DNA of 64,000 nucleotides. Source: Basidiobolus meristosporus CBS 931.73. Lineage: Eukaryota > Fungi > Basidiobolomycota. The stretch's first letter is position 1; each line of letters opens with the position of its first letter. The notes beneath the pieces were generated by a model. The model ran no database searches, was not told where the DNA came from, and was given only the letters and a program-made list of their open reading frames with translations. The stretch spans positions 92,201-156,200 of the forward strand of contig MCFE01000142.1 of the NCBI GenBank assembly GCA_002104905.1, given 5' to 3'. The translations under genes were made by a program, and so were the position numbers. Positions 1 to 12,849 of this stretch are shown here, piece after piece.

Positions 1-116
1 GATGCATCATGCATAATATATGGAATATTCAACAATCACATTAGTTTTCATATATATTTCTTATAAGACCAGGTTGATGCCAATATACTGCTGTATAAGT
101 ATCCAAATCTGCTGCT

Positions 117-1373
117 ATGATCCCCATACCAAGCCTCAACTCATCTTTAGTACAACCCAGACAAAACCCATCCCGCAGCTCACAAGCACGGTCCGGACCG
201 GAAAAGTCAATGTTGGATCTGTTTGAGCTCTTGCCAAATGATTTTAGTATGGCCCAAGTGTCTATGATGAGCCTTCATACAGATATTTGGGCACTACTGA
301 TTAATCTAGCAGAACTAGATACCTCAGAGAGTCAACAAAGATGGAAGAACTTGAGTAGAAAGCTGTGGCATGAGTTCTACATCAAGATGCCAGCCAATGT
401 ATGTAAGAAGATACATAATAAGACAAGTATTGAAATCAAGAATGAGCTGAGAGTTAGGGGATTTGACAAAGAAGCCGCGTGGGAACGCTTTTGCACTCAA
501 TTTGCAAAGTACGGGCCGGACGCATCCGTTTGTGCCTCAACTTTAGGAACCAAAGAGATTTTGAATGAGTTTTTGCCTCAAATGACTAATGTACTACATA
601 ATATATTAGTAGAGCTAAGTGGCTTCCAAGAGCAATATACACAGGACTCATCCAGGCAACAGCTCCAAAGTATCAGACAGAGGGTAAGTGAATACCTTGA
701 GGAATCAGATGGTGAGCTTCAGGAGGAAGAACACAGACCGCAAGCAACATTGTCCAGATTGCGCCAGCACACCTTGCTGGATTCCCTACCATCTCTTGCA
801 ACCGCAGCATGCCAGTGCATGTCAGTCCAGACCACGCCAACACCCTTTACCAGAACACCCCGCATCAAGTCAACACGCATTGAGTTAATGCGTGTGCTTC
901 AGAGCAATACTACAAGAACTTGCCAAACTGCTCATTTAGACACAAGTCTATTGGAGCAGACCAAGTTGCGTCAACATGCAGCATCACATCTAACTCAGCC
1001 AAGGGCCATCTCAACGCGTCAAGGCGCACCTGCGCGTGCCATTTTGCCTGACCATCAGCGAGTTACTTCTGGTGAACTGACTGATGATGACCAACATGAA
1101 GTGCCTCAACCACCGGAGCCCTTAGGAAGTAAAAGAACGCATCAGCACGTGGCACTACAGGCCAGTTCAGTTGGTTCAGTTGGTTCAGTTGGAGCAATTC
1201 AGCACGGCCAAGCTGCAGCATTGTACTCATCAACTAGGAGGCAAAATACTGACCGCAAATACACAAGTAGCCAAGATGATAGTCAGCCAGGAAGTAGTAT
1301 AGGTGTGCAAAGTGAGTCACTACCAAATGCTTCAGTAGTAATCCCTGTGAGAAAAAAACCCAGGAGAAGATGA
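117..1373 (+). CDS. Hypothetical 418-aa protein; possibly helical N-terminal half, low-complexity C-terminal half, basic NLS-like end (RKKPRRR); possibly transposon-borne
   Basis: Uninterrupted 1257-bp ORF; no family motif recognised; lies at the edge of a TE nest. Confidence 0.5.
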   Translation: MIPIPSLNSSLVQPRQNPSRSSQARSGPEKSMLDLFELLPNDFSMAQVSMMSLHTDIWALLINLAELDTSESQQRWKNLSRKLWHEFYIKMPANVCKKIHNKTSIEIKNELRVRGFDKEAAWERFCTQFAKYGPDASVCASTLGTKEILNEFLPQMTNVLHNILVELSGFQEQYTQDSSRQQLQSIRQRVSEYLEESDGELQEEEHRPQATLSRLRQHTLLDSLPSLATAACQCMSVQTTPTPFTRTPRIKSTRIELMRVLQSNTTRTCQTAHLDTSLLEQTKLRQHAASHLTQPRAISTRQGAPARAILPDHQRVTSGELTDDDQHEVPQPPEPLGSKRTHQHVALQASSVGSVGSVGAIQHGQAAALYSSTRRQNTDRKYTSSQDDSQPGSSIGVQSESLPNASVVIPVRKKPRRR

Positions 1374-1869
1374 TGCAATTGCTTTGAAATGCTCACATTT
1401 GTAATGATCCCAACAACCCATTTTTTTTGCAATCCAAATCAAGCCTTTGCAAATCAGTGATCATCAAATTTTTGATATAAGTATATCAAGGTCATCTCAC
1501 ACTTGAGAAAGAGCTCCTATAAATAAACACCCTGCATATATATACGTCATCTGTAATACCAGTGCAGCTATTGGATATGTTTTGCACCTACACAATTGCT
1601 GCATGCTAGCTATGACACCTTGTCCAATCACTAGGATCAGGGATTTACTTGCTCAATGGGCAAAATGGGATATTTGATGGCAAATCAGGTAGCTTTTTCA
1701 GTAGTCAATGAGCCAATTGGGGGCTGCCAGCTTCAGGATACTTTTGGACCAATTAACCATTGAGATACCATCCAATTGGAGTGAGGGTAACCAAAATGGT
1801 AAGTATCAGTGTAGTTTATAGTGTGATACACATTTATTTCCATTTACATTAAAGAAACATATCTATATA

Positions 1870-4800
1870 CCGGATTTTACCTGCCATAATAGCAGTATCC
1901 AATCGCAAACGTAATGCAAACATTAAGAGTTGGTGCAATCATCCATGCCAGCCTCATTGTGTCAGATTGTGCCATAGTGTGCAAGATTGTCCCGCATAGT
2001 GTGAAATTGTCCAAGAACAATGCTGCCTTCTGGTAGTTATTATATTGCACCCAATTGTTCTTTACAACCGTAGATTGCCCCACGTGCCCTGGCACAGTAC
2101 AATGGATCAAGTCTTATCACTATGGGGGAGGGCCACTGTGAGTGGCTCTCTGCAATGATGTAATCCTTTAATAAAGTTTCAACTGTCTCACTGATATATT
2201 CTGTGTCAGTTTTTGAGTTCCTATAGGCATTTTGCTTGATGGGGTATTTGTCAGCAAGGTGGACATGGTCATATACCCTGGGTATATGGCCAATTACCTG
2301 GTTCTTAGAAAATACTTGAGCAAGAGGGTGCATTTCCTCTAGGAACTTGTCTTGTAGCATAGGTGGTAGACTGGGTCCACATCCAGTTTGAGGAGCTCCT
2401 CTTCTGGTTCCTCACTTTTAGGTGGTCCTTGGTTGTTTCTGTCAACTTCCTCTATGTTTGATAACAGCACACCTCTGGGCAGTACCACCTCATGTTGCCC
2501 AATGTTAACAACAAAGCATTTCACATTTTGCGCTTCAAATTTTGGTGGTATCCATACTTTAAGGATCAAGATTTCTTCCAGATTGTCAAATACCTTTGTT
2601 GCGGTTATCATTCTTCCCTTCATTGAATAGCTATTGGTGTCTCCAGAGGGATCTCCATCTCACTGGCAGATGGTATTTTTATTACCTTTTGTGTGATGAT
2701 TGGAGACTGTGATGGTTCCACCTCTTTTAGCTGTCACACTATTGCTACACACCTTGATCATATTGGTGATATATATCAGTGGGATACTCTTGGTGTCCCA
2801 CCTGAGCTCAGATGCACTGCAGAGTATGTCCATCTTATATTGGATAAACCAATTTCTGCCAATAAGTAGGTTTTTGGCTGCAGTGGGTAGGACCACAACA
2901 TCTTAGTGTATAATCAGGTTACCTAGCCAGATGGGGCAATTAGGTACCATGCCTACTCTTGTGTCAAGTTGGTCATTTGCTAGCCATAATCAAATGGTGT
3001 CATTGGGGACTATGTCTAATTTTAGATATTTTGCTAATGACTCTGACATGATCAACATAGAGGATTGTGTGCCAATGAAGGCAGGAATCTCCTTTTTCTC
3101 CATACATACCTGTATGTTTGTACCCTTATTTGGCTTTTGTAGGACCATCTGGTTGACATGAAGGGTTGTTATCTCCTTCAATCCCACTAACAATTCTTTG
3201 ACTAGAGCCAGGGCAAGTCTCAGTAGATTGTTTATTGGGAGGGTTTCCTTGATTTGCTTTATTACCTTCATTATTGGGAATAGGCAGTGGGAGGACATAC
3301 TAGTGTTCCTAGTTTGCTACAATACTTCTTCCCAAGGCTCATCCTGTACTTCTTCACTCACTTCTATGTTCTTTCCCTTTGACAGAACCCATACTATTGG
3401 TTCCTTTGCCTCTCCTCTAGAAGCATCATGTCAATGGTTCTTCTTCCTCACTTTGACTGTTTTGACTGGAGGGCTGAAGTTGTTTAAGTCATGTTGGCCT
3501 CCTGGCAAGGGACTCTTTCTTTTGATGCCTTCTTCTCCTTTGTTTCCAGTACAGGTTCTTGTCTGTACCACTTTTTGCATTTGTGGGTTCTGTGATCTAC
3601 ATTTCTGCATACACAACATGGATACTATTGTTGTTGTTATTCCATTGGTTGGGTCAGGGCTTGTACCTGGGCCTTTAGATCTACAACAGCTTCTTGAGCA
3701 TATTGCATTCTTTGGGAACTTCTTGGACATTATTGATTGAGAGTTCTTGGACCTTTTGTTGTATTTCTCTAACTCACAGTCTTTTGTGGAGGCAATGTTT
3801 CCTTTCTTACAGGGGATCCCTGTTCCTCAATCACCTTACTTTCCTATTGCTGTCCCATCCTGTGTCAAATGCAACTCTCTCAAACTTATTGAACCACTTG
3901 AGGGCCTTCTCTATCTTCCCTTTGTACATTCTCAGTTTCATTGTAGTAGTCATTACCTCACTTATGCTTATTTTGCAAAGACAGTACCAAATCTGTGGGC
4001 TATTACTGACTCTACTTGGTAGTTGGGAGAGCTTGTGGATCAAGTCAGTACCACTTGATTCAAAATAGCATACAATAGAAGGTATTAAGGTAAAAAGACT
4101 TATGTTTATTATGTCAAAAAATCTGTCCCCTTCAACTTGCTTCAGTTGGATATAAATATATATCTCACTCAGAGGGGCTTTTGTGATAGATAATGTGTTA
4201 TAAAATAGGGGTGTGAGCACCTTCCTGTTATGGTAAGTGCTCTAACTAGGTAAGTACTGGAATAGGAGGAGGGACATATGAGGAACTCATAGGGAGGATA
4301 CTGGGGAGACTATGGGTTGGACTCTGGGGGAACTCTTGGGCAAAGAGTGGGTATTATATTTAGTACTCATGCACTGTAGCTTCTCCCTCCCATGCTGTGA
4401 CAGGTTTTTCTGTGGGCTTCAACCTTGGGCACCATTGTTGTGCCTCAAAGACTGGACAGGGCTCCTCTGCTATTATATCAGGAAATGGCTCAATTCTTGG
4501 CTGTGACATTGAGCTGCTGAAGTTCCCTCTTTGAAGCAAAAAACTTGCTTTCTCTACCTGGGATATTGATTGCTCTACACCTATTACCTGCTCATGCTGT
4601 TTCTGGACTGTTTCCTGATTTCTCTTGGCCATTGCATCTGACCTATCAGCCACTGCACCTTATTGCCTTATTAATGCTTTGGTGTGGTGGTGTACAAGTC
4701 CAAAAGAGATATACAACCAGCACTTCTCAAGTGTTTTGTGGGTGGGGTGCTCACTGGGTATAATAGCCTCTGGCAAAGGCTTGCTAGGAATACCTGGGTT

Positions 4801-6034
4801 CTGTCTTTACTCTAATAAGAAGGGGAATAATGCCACAAGCTTGTCAAGGGAAACTATTGAGTTAAAATCTTCAACTTAGTTGGTGTCTTAACAATAGCAT
4901 GTGCCAGGTTCAGCATCCTTTGAGATGACAATGTACTATAGCTTCCAAAGTCAAAACAACTCTAAACTCCTCCAGCTAGGACTTGATAAGAATGCAGCTG
5001 TGGTAAATGGTTACAAAGACAGAAAAGTATGTTTGCCTGTACAAGAACAAGCTTGTAAAGGAAATAAATATAATAACAGATACCTATTTGGAGTATTCCT
5101 CACAATGAGTGCCTCAAAGGTCAGTTAACTGTCAGCACAGTTTTTGGGCAGTGTCCTACAGTCTTTGATTGGAACTTTAGGTAGCAGCAGGCAGCAGTGC
5201 TCACACTAATCAACAAGTTGGTAAACTGATAAAAGGGATGATGGTTTATTGTTGAGGGATGGCCTCCCTTATGAACTTCTCTCACTGGCTAAGTGATTAC
5301 TATTCATGGTATTCCAGTAGGTTGCCAGAGATCAATATTATGGTAAATGACATCAGGAGCTAAGAAGATTCTAGGCATCAGTGGAATTCTTGATGACATC
5401 ACCATGAGCTAAAAATATGCCAAGAATGTCCTGGAAGGTTCTAAAAGGCACAGCACATCTAACCAATCAGGAATCAGTAGTCTGAAACCTGTGCAACATA
5501 GAAATACCATATATGGTATTGAAATGGTAGGGATGGTAACATAGACCTAGATCATGTGTCACAGGTACTGACGCGGGTACCTGCCTTATATAGATACATA
5601 TACTGATCACAAAGCTGAATAACATCTGGGAATACTTATGCTAATCACTAATCAGGGTAAACATCATAAGGGGATAATAATGATAATATGTGCAAAATAA
5701 GAATGGGATAATACTGATTAGATAAAATATGGATAAGTATATCATAATGGCTATGTGAATAATCTTGTCTGTGGGAGGTGTGTTCACCCTACCACACCGG
5801 TCCTGACACAGGTACTTGCTTAATATAGAAGCACTTACACCAAGTAATCTCATACAAAGTGAGGTATAACCTATGCAATAAATAAGCAGGTATCATACTT
5901 AACTAGCTAATGGGATAGTACTGCTCAGATAAGACAAATTGGATAAAATTAATATAAGGGTTGTAGAGAAATAGGGAAGTAAACAATATGGGAATGACAC
6001 ATCTGTCAGTAGGTGTCACTATGACCTCACTACA
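1870..6034 (-). mobile_element. Decayed Ty3/gypsy LTR retrotransposon: 5' LTR ~3994-6034 (interrupted by a solo LTR), gag, protease and start of RT; 3' part missing
   Basis: Minus-strand remnants: gag (KALKWFNKFERVAFDTGWD), protease (PAFIGTQSSMLIMS, LLIGRNW), RT start (ESHSQWPSPIVI). LTR begins TGTAGTGAGG at 6034 and ends CCCACA at 3994; its 3' half recurs inverted at ~44815-45210. Confidence 0.8.
4683..5796 (-). repeat. Solo LTR related to the 804-bp LTRs at 49788/52601
   Basis: Reverse complement begins TGTGGTAGGG and ends CACCACCACA like the 804-bp LTR; 5' ~500 bp align clearly, 3' half diverged; no PBS follows; flanks TTGG/CCGG. Confidence 0.8.
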
Positions 6035-6117
6035 GCACTTTACAGGATGTCCTCAGCAGCAAGCAATTCAAATCTTTCCACATTGGAAGAAGCTCAAAGA
6101 AATCAGCAAGAGCTCAC

Positions 6118-6360
6118 TGTTGTATCCAAGAGAAAAGTGTAATAAAACTCTTGAATGAGTCAACTGAACCTAGGTAACAACTAAGCACAGAATCTTAGCA
6201 TTGTCAAGGGTGACAGAAATATAAGCAGAGAAGTTCAGGTCTAATATTGGCTTTGTTTATAGTTGAGTTGAGCTCTAAATGTGACAGAGTAGGTCTGCTA
6301 TACAGGCTAGGCTTGGTGTTCTTTGTGAATGCTAGATATGCTAGGCTTGGATTTAACACA
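6118..6360 (-). repeat. Inverted fragment of the chromoviral gypsy LTR
   Basis: Reverse complement of the 3' half of the LTR at 14558-14923 and ~43905-44252 (shared end TTCTCTTGG(A/G)TACAACA). Confidence 0.75.
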
Positions 6361-7821
6361 GCTAAATGCCATAGAGGTGCTGCTCAAACTCAACAGCCAA
6401 TCATATGTAGTACTACTGAATACTGGATCATCTAAAACTATTGTATTACCCAATGTAGTAAAAGAACTCAAGTCAGAAGCAGAAAAGCAACCAGGAAAAA
6501 CCATACTTGCAGCTAAGGACCTTTCAGCCTCAAGAATTGATATCACCAACCCAATCATCATACATTGTGGTTTAATAACTATGATTCAGAAAATGGGAGT
6601 TATTGAAATTCCAGATGGACCTCTGGTAGTCAATGGTTTAGACACCTTGACCAAATTTGGCTTTCACATAGGTGGACTACCAGTTTCCTATTCTGGATTC
6701 ACTAGATTTCAGCACCGATACTGAATTAGATTCTAGAAATCATCTCACCCCAGCTGGCAGAAGAAGAGTCAACCCCAACTTTTCAAGCATATTCCCAATC
6801 AGTTGAATTGAATATTTAGCCAGCCATAGAAATCAACCAAGCCATTCTAAGGAACTGTTTCTGCACTATTTCAGAATCCATAGTTATGCCAGAAGCCTCA
6901 CCTGGTGAGTCTACATGGCAAAGTCAATACCCAATTCTGCATTCATGTCAGCACTTGGATGATGAAATAATCCAAAAGTGGGCTGACAATAGAGTTATTA
7001 CTCCAACCCCATGACAACACAACATTCAACAGCCCTTTAATGCTTGCATCTCAGAAAGAGGTTGATGGAAATCTAACTCTGAAGAGACCTTGTTTGGACC
7101 CCAGAGCACTAAACAAGCTTTTCCAAAATGATAAATTTCCACTTCCAAAAATCCAGGGTATTGTTCCCTCACTATTAGGAGCAAGACTACGCTCTAAGTT
7201 GGACTTGAAGGATATATATCACCAATTACAGATCCATCCTGATCATCATCATAAGACTGCCTTTACTTGGAATGGTATGCAATGGATGTTTCAGGGAGCT
7301 CCCTTTGGCCTAAAGATACTTATCAGCAAGTTCCAAAGGGTCATGACTATAATACTCATGAATGTGCCATATCCCTTAGTATTTGTTGATGGTGTTATCA
7401 TATTTTCCACAAACCATGATGATCATGCAACTCATGTTATCAATGCAATTAATAGACCAACAGCTGCTGGACTGATTCTTAATGCTGAAAAGTGCAGCCT
7501 TGCTTGCCTCAAAGTTAATCCACTTGGATGCATAGGTACATCAGCTGACCACCAACTAGACCCTTTCAAGCTGGTTAATATTCTGGAATGGCCAAAACCC
7601 ACTGGCAGCAAGCAACTTCAGGATTATGTTGGATTATTCAAATACTTCACAATGCACATACCACTAATGTCCTTATTTAGTGCCCCTTTAGATGCAATAC
7701 GCTATAGCCCTGATCTTCCCTCTGCCTGCAAAAAGACTCATGATGAAGCACTTGAGTCACTCTGCCAATTGCCCCCACTAGTACCCACCTTATCCTGTTC
7801 AGACAATGCCAAGACCTTTTC

Positions 7822-8149
7822 CTATGAGAAATCTCAAGCATTGAATTCATCTGACTTTCAGCTGGTATTGTGTTGATATTCTGTGGTATTCTGATGGTGT
7901 TTAGCTGGTATTCAGCTGGTATTTTTGGTTCAAAATATCAAATGCATTTTTTAATGAAAGCAAAAAGCAGCTAATTACCAAATTTAGCATATATGCTAGT
8001 TGGCCTAGTCTCCGCCTGGGGAATCTGTTTGCTTGCCTGCCAATCAACTTACAACAGAGATATTGAGAGTTGTCAATTTTGAGAAACTTGAAATTCAGCT
8101 GATATTAGGATGGTATTTTGCTGGCCTTTTCTTATTTTTTTTCTCAGAG
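7822..8149. mobile_element. MITE-like non-coding insertion (~328 bp)
   Basis: Termini CTATGAGAAA / TTTCTCAGAG (9/10 inverted match); internal GCTGGTATT repeats; removing it restores gypsy pol K-T-F-T-V-A-T. Confidence 0.55.
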
Positions 8150-8163
8150 TTTACTGTTGCTAC

Positions 8164-8512
8164 TGTTGTAAGAGTCTTGGAGATATTGGAAGTGATTTGG
8201 AGAACAAGTAAATTATGTGGTTTTCACTTAATGATTTATTGAATGTAAAAGTAGTATTTATACTTTTACATGGTCTTGGCATTACAAACACGTAGAATAG
8301 GTTAAGGAAGGTCCCAAGAACATGTGTGCAAAGTTTGGGGCTGTTTGGACAACTTTGAGAATTTTCATGTTCTGGGTACCTGGTATTTTGGTGAAAATAT
8401 TCTAAGTAAATTCCAACAAGGAATTTGGTCAGTATTCTCTAGGATTTGAAGGTGATGATCTAAGTGACTAAGTTAGGTGAATATTTAGGTGGAATTACGA
8501 ATTTTTACAACA
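8164..8512 (-). repeat. Copia 3' LTR
   Basis: Direct repeat of 12501-12849; adjacent PPT GCTGAGTGGGAG (8513-8524, minus). Confidence 0.95.
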
Positions 8513-8523
8513 CTCCCACTCAG

Positions 8524-11500
8524 CTAAATGTTCATACTGACTAGTCCTAATTTTGACCTAAGATAATCAAACTTGTCTCTAGCTAATGGTTTGGTAAATA
8601 TGTCTGCAATCATTTCATCTGTAGGACAGTAAACTAAGCTAACTAAGTTATTCTCTATAGCTTCATGTATGAAATGATGTCTAATATCTATGTGCTTGGT
8701 TCTAGCATGAAAAGTTGGATTTCTACCTAATTGTATACATCCTTGATTATCTTGAAATAAAGTAATAGGCATTTTTTGACATAGGCCTAAATCTGTAAAG
8801 AGTTTTCTTAACCACATTGCTTCTTTTGTAGCTTCACAGGCTGCCATATACTCTGCCTCTGTAGTAGAAAGTGCTACGGTGGGTTGCTTTCTTGAATTCC
8901 ATGAAATTGCTCCTTTACAGTAACGAAAGGTATATCCTATGGTGGATCTTCTGTCTTCCAAATTTCGTCCCCAATCAGCATCAGAGTATCCCACAAGGTC
9001 CTGTTCTGAATCCTTATAAGTGTATCTTAAGCAGATATCAGCAGTTCCTTTTAGGTATCTAAAAATTCGCTTAACTGCTGCAATATGATCAGATCCATAG
9101 TTCTTATTATGTTGGCTGACAACTCCCACTGAATATGAGATATCTGGACGTGTTCCAAGCATGATATACATCAGACTGCCAACCATAGATTGATAAGGAA
9201 AGTCAGGGCTTTCAGATGGCACCAAGCTCTCTTGATTTGGTTGAGTTTTGACCAAGTTAAGGTTTGTCTCCATTGGGGTAGCTGCAGGTTTACAGTCTTC
9301 CATTTTGTACTTCTTTAGTATATCTTGAATATACTTGGATTGGCTTAGGATAATAGTCTGGGTACTTCTGTCTATGGAGAACTTAATCCCTAAGTAGTAA
9401 CTAAGTTCTCCTAAATCAGACATCTTGAACTCCTTAGATAGGTTGGATTTAGTCTCTTCCAATGTTTCTAGGTTATTGGCGGCTATAATAAGATCATCCA
9501 CATATAGAGCTAATAGAACTGGATTTGCTTTATCTGGCTTATAGTATATACTATATTCAGCATTACTCCTTTTGAAACTCAAAGATTCCAAATAAGAATC
9601 TATCTTGCAATTCCAGGCTCTCGGTGATTGTTTGAGACCATATAGTGACTTTTTAAGCTTGCAGACCAAATGGGGGTTATCTTGGTCAACAAACCCATCA
9701 GGCTGGTCCATATACACATCCTCATCAAGTTCTCCATTCAAAAATGCAGTTTTTACATCCATTTGATGAATAAAAAACTTATATTTGGCTGCAATAGCCA
9801 ATATTAATCTGATGGAATTAAACTTGGCTACCAGTGCAAAGGTCTCAGTATACTCAAGTCCTTTTGTTTGAGAGTATCCTTTGGCTACAAGTCTTTCTTT
9901 GTATCTTTCAATTGTACCATCAGCCTTGTACTTTGTCTTGAAGACCCATCTGCATCCAATTGATTTTTGGTTGATTGGTAATTTGACTAAGTCCCAAGTT
10001 TGATTTTCCATCAGGGCCTGATATTCCTCAGTCATTGCAGATCTCCAAAACTTTGTCTGAGGGCTATTTAGGGCCTCTTTTACAGTCTGGGGCTCATCAA
10101 TATGGACTGAATAGGCATACGCTAAGTTTGTACCCTCATTGATATAGTAATTTGGGCTATTTCTTGTCCGCTTGGATCTCCGGGCATTTGATACTGGAAT
10201 GATCACTTCTGGGATATTCCTGGGCACTGATTCTGGCTGAACCACGGTTGTAGAGTCCTCTGGAGTGAAAAAATTTTCATTGTTTTGCTCTGATTCTAAT
10301 TCTGACAATTGGTGGACTTGAGATCAAATTTTTGTCATCATCTGATGTCATTTTTTGTGAAAATTTTGAATTTTCATCAAACAACACATCCCTGGACTTG
10401 ATCAGCTTCTTTGCTTTGGTATTGCAGAGTCTGTATGCCTTACTCTCATTGCAGTAGCCCAAAAATATGCATTTTACACTTTTTGGCTCAAATTTTGACT
10501 GATTTCCGGCCAGTTTTTTGGCATATGCTGTACACCCAAATATTCTTAGATGTTCTGCACTTGGTCTGTATCCATACCATGCTTCAAATGGAGTAGAATC
10601 ACAAAGTATTCTGTTATAACTCCTATTTTTAAGATAAACAGCAGTGGCAACTGATTCCGCCCAAAAATCATAGGATAATTTTTGATCATGGATCATAGAT
10701 CTTGCCATATCAATTATTGATCTGTTAGCTTGTTCTGCTACTCCATTTTGCTGTGGGGAGTATGGTGCAGTAGTCTCTTGCTTTATCCCATGAATTTTGC
10801 AGAAGTGGATGAAGAGTTTGGAGGTATATTCTCCACCATTGTCAGAGCGTATTTTCTTGATTTTTTCACCAGTTTCTCTCTCCACCATGGCTTTAAACTC
10901 CCTGAACTTAGACAGAGCTTCTTCCTTTCTCTCCATGAAATAGACCCATATGTATCTTGTATAATCATCAATAAAAGTGATTAAATACTTCATCCCGCCT
11001 AAGGATAAATTTTGCATAGGTCCACACAGATCTGAGTGAATTAGATCTAATTTTTTCTTAGTTTTGATTAACCCAGAGCTCTTGAACGGTTGTCTGGCTT
11101 GTTTCCCATATATGCAGGCTTCACAGTGCTCCAAAATAGCTGGGGGATCAATATCCACTCCAGAAATTAGCTGATCTTTGATCATTTTACGCAAATAATC
11201 AAAATTGATGTGTCCAAATCTCCTGTGCCAAAGCATTGGTGTTTCTTCATTTAAGTTACTTATATTGGCTTCCAGATATGATGGAATATAAGTCAACTTG
11301 TTTAGATTCTGATCTCTGATGCCCGAAGCAATATGAGCACCATTTTGATCAGTGATCCTGCATCCAGAATTGTCAAAACTGAAACTGAGTCCTTCTGCTG
11401 TGGCCTTGCTTACAGAGAGTAGGTTCTTGGCTATTTCTGGTACATAGAGTACTTCTATAAAGGTCAGTGTATGGCTTCCTTCACTGCTTCTAAGGTTTAC

Positions 11501-12469
11501 TTGGATAGTTCCTTCTCCCACTGCATCAAGTGTTCTATCGTCACCCATGAAAACCTTCTTAATTGAAATTTCTTGATATTGGGTAAAAAGTTCTTTTTGG
11601 TGTGTAAAGTGTTGAGAAGCTCCAGAGTCAATATATCATGTCTGAGAATCCTTGTTTGTTGTCATATTTAGTGCAGATATGAATAGTCTATCTTCAGTTG
11701 TTGCAGCATTTCCATATTCAGGCTTCTTTGGCTGATAATCTCTCTTTTTGAAACACCAGTCTGATGTGTGTCCTTTCCTTTTGCAGTAGTTGCAAAATAG
11801 GTTGCTGTTGCCTTTGTAGGGTCTTGGGTACCTCCTTTGTTGGTTATCATTGCTTATTAAAGCATTTTCTTCTTCCTTCTTATTGGCGCTTGATTTTCTT
11901 AATTCTTCATCCAGGAGCCTTCCATATACGTAATTTAAGGTCAAATCTTCAGTTCTGGACTCTAGGGCTGATACAAGGCCCTGAAACTTGTCTGTCAGGC
12001 TATTCAGGATGGTAACTATCACATCCTCATCAGTAGTTGGTACGCCCACAGATTCCATCTCATCTACCAGCAGGGTAATTCTGTTAATTAGATTTTTCAT
12101 TTCTTCACCTGGCAGCATCTTTGTAGTAAAGAATTTTCTTCTCAGATATATCTTCTTGGCAGCTGAACATGACTGGTAGGTGTCTTCTAATGCCTTCCAG
12201 GCATTCTTTGCTATTTTTGCTCTTGAGCATTGAATTAGCAATTTGTCCTTGACATTAAGGCAAATGCAGTTAAAGGTACTTTGTTCTTTCTTCTGGTACT
12301 TCAAGGCTTCCTCTCCCAAGTCTTTAGGAGGGCATTCTTCTCCCATGACAATATCCCAAAGGCCTCTTTCTTGTAGCAGCATCTTCATCTTCACCTTCCA
12401 CACTTGGTAGTTAGATCCATCCAACTTTTCAGCAGAGGGAAAAATTCCAGTAATAGCAGTAGTAGACAT
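8524..12469 (-). pseudogene. Copia gag-pol polyprotein with one nonsense codon (TGG>TGA at 11636-11638) and one frameshift (~10300)
   Basis: Gag zinc knuckle CNYCKRKGHTSDWC; PR (W)YIDSGASQH; GAG-pre-integrase WHRRFGH; IN HSDLCGP, RSDNGGEY, QNGVAE; RT QMDVKTAFL, LYVDDL; RNaseH YSDADWG, EAEY, KHIDIRHHF. Confidence 0.92.
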
Positions 12470-12488
12470 TGCAGAGAGTGACAGCTCA

Positions 12489-12500
12489 GGGCTCATAACC
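12489..12500 (-). promoter_or_regulatory. Primer-binding site GGTTATGAGCCC (Ty5/Drosophila copia type, internal tRNA-iMet priming)
   Basis: Immediately follows the 5' LTR; same motif after LTRs at 41022 and 47004. Confidence 0.8.
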
Positions 12501-12849
12501 TGTTGTAAGAGTCTTGGAGATATTGGAAGTGATTTGGAGAACAAGTAGATTATGTGATTTTCACTTAATGATTTATTGAATGTAAAAGTAGTATTTATAC
12601 TTTTACATGGTCTTGGCATTACAAACACGTAGAATAGGTTAAGGAAGGTCCCAAGAACATGTGTGCAAAGTTTGGGGCTGTTTGGACAACTTTGAGAATT
12701 TTCATGTTCTGGGTACCTGGTATTTTGGTGAAAATATTCTAAGTAAATCCCAACAAGGAATTTGGTCAGTATTCTCTAGGATTTGAAGGTCATGATCTAA
12801 GTGACTAAGTTAGGTGAATATTTAGGTGGAATTACAAATTTTTACAACA
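12501..12849 (-). repeat. Copia 5' LTR
   Basis: Direct repeat of 8164-8512, followed by PBS. Confidence 0.95.

Larger units (their letters stand above)
8164..12849 (-). mobile_element. Near-intact Ty1/copia LTR retrotransposon (4686 bp)
   Basis: 349-bp TG..CA LTRs at both ends (about 5 differences by eye), TSD GCTAC at 8159-8163 and 12850-12854, PBS, PPT, gag-PR-IN-RT-RH order. Confidence 0.97.

Noticed and set aside
3198-4879. Plus-strand ORFs over the gypsy relic and other antisense ORFs overlapping real genes or TEs
   Set aside because: Shadow frames of opposite-strand coding or LTR sequence with no independent support.
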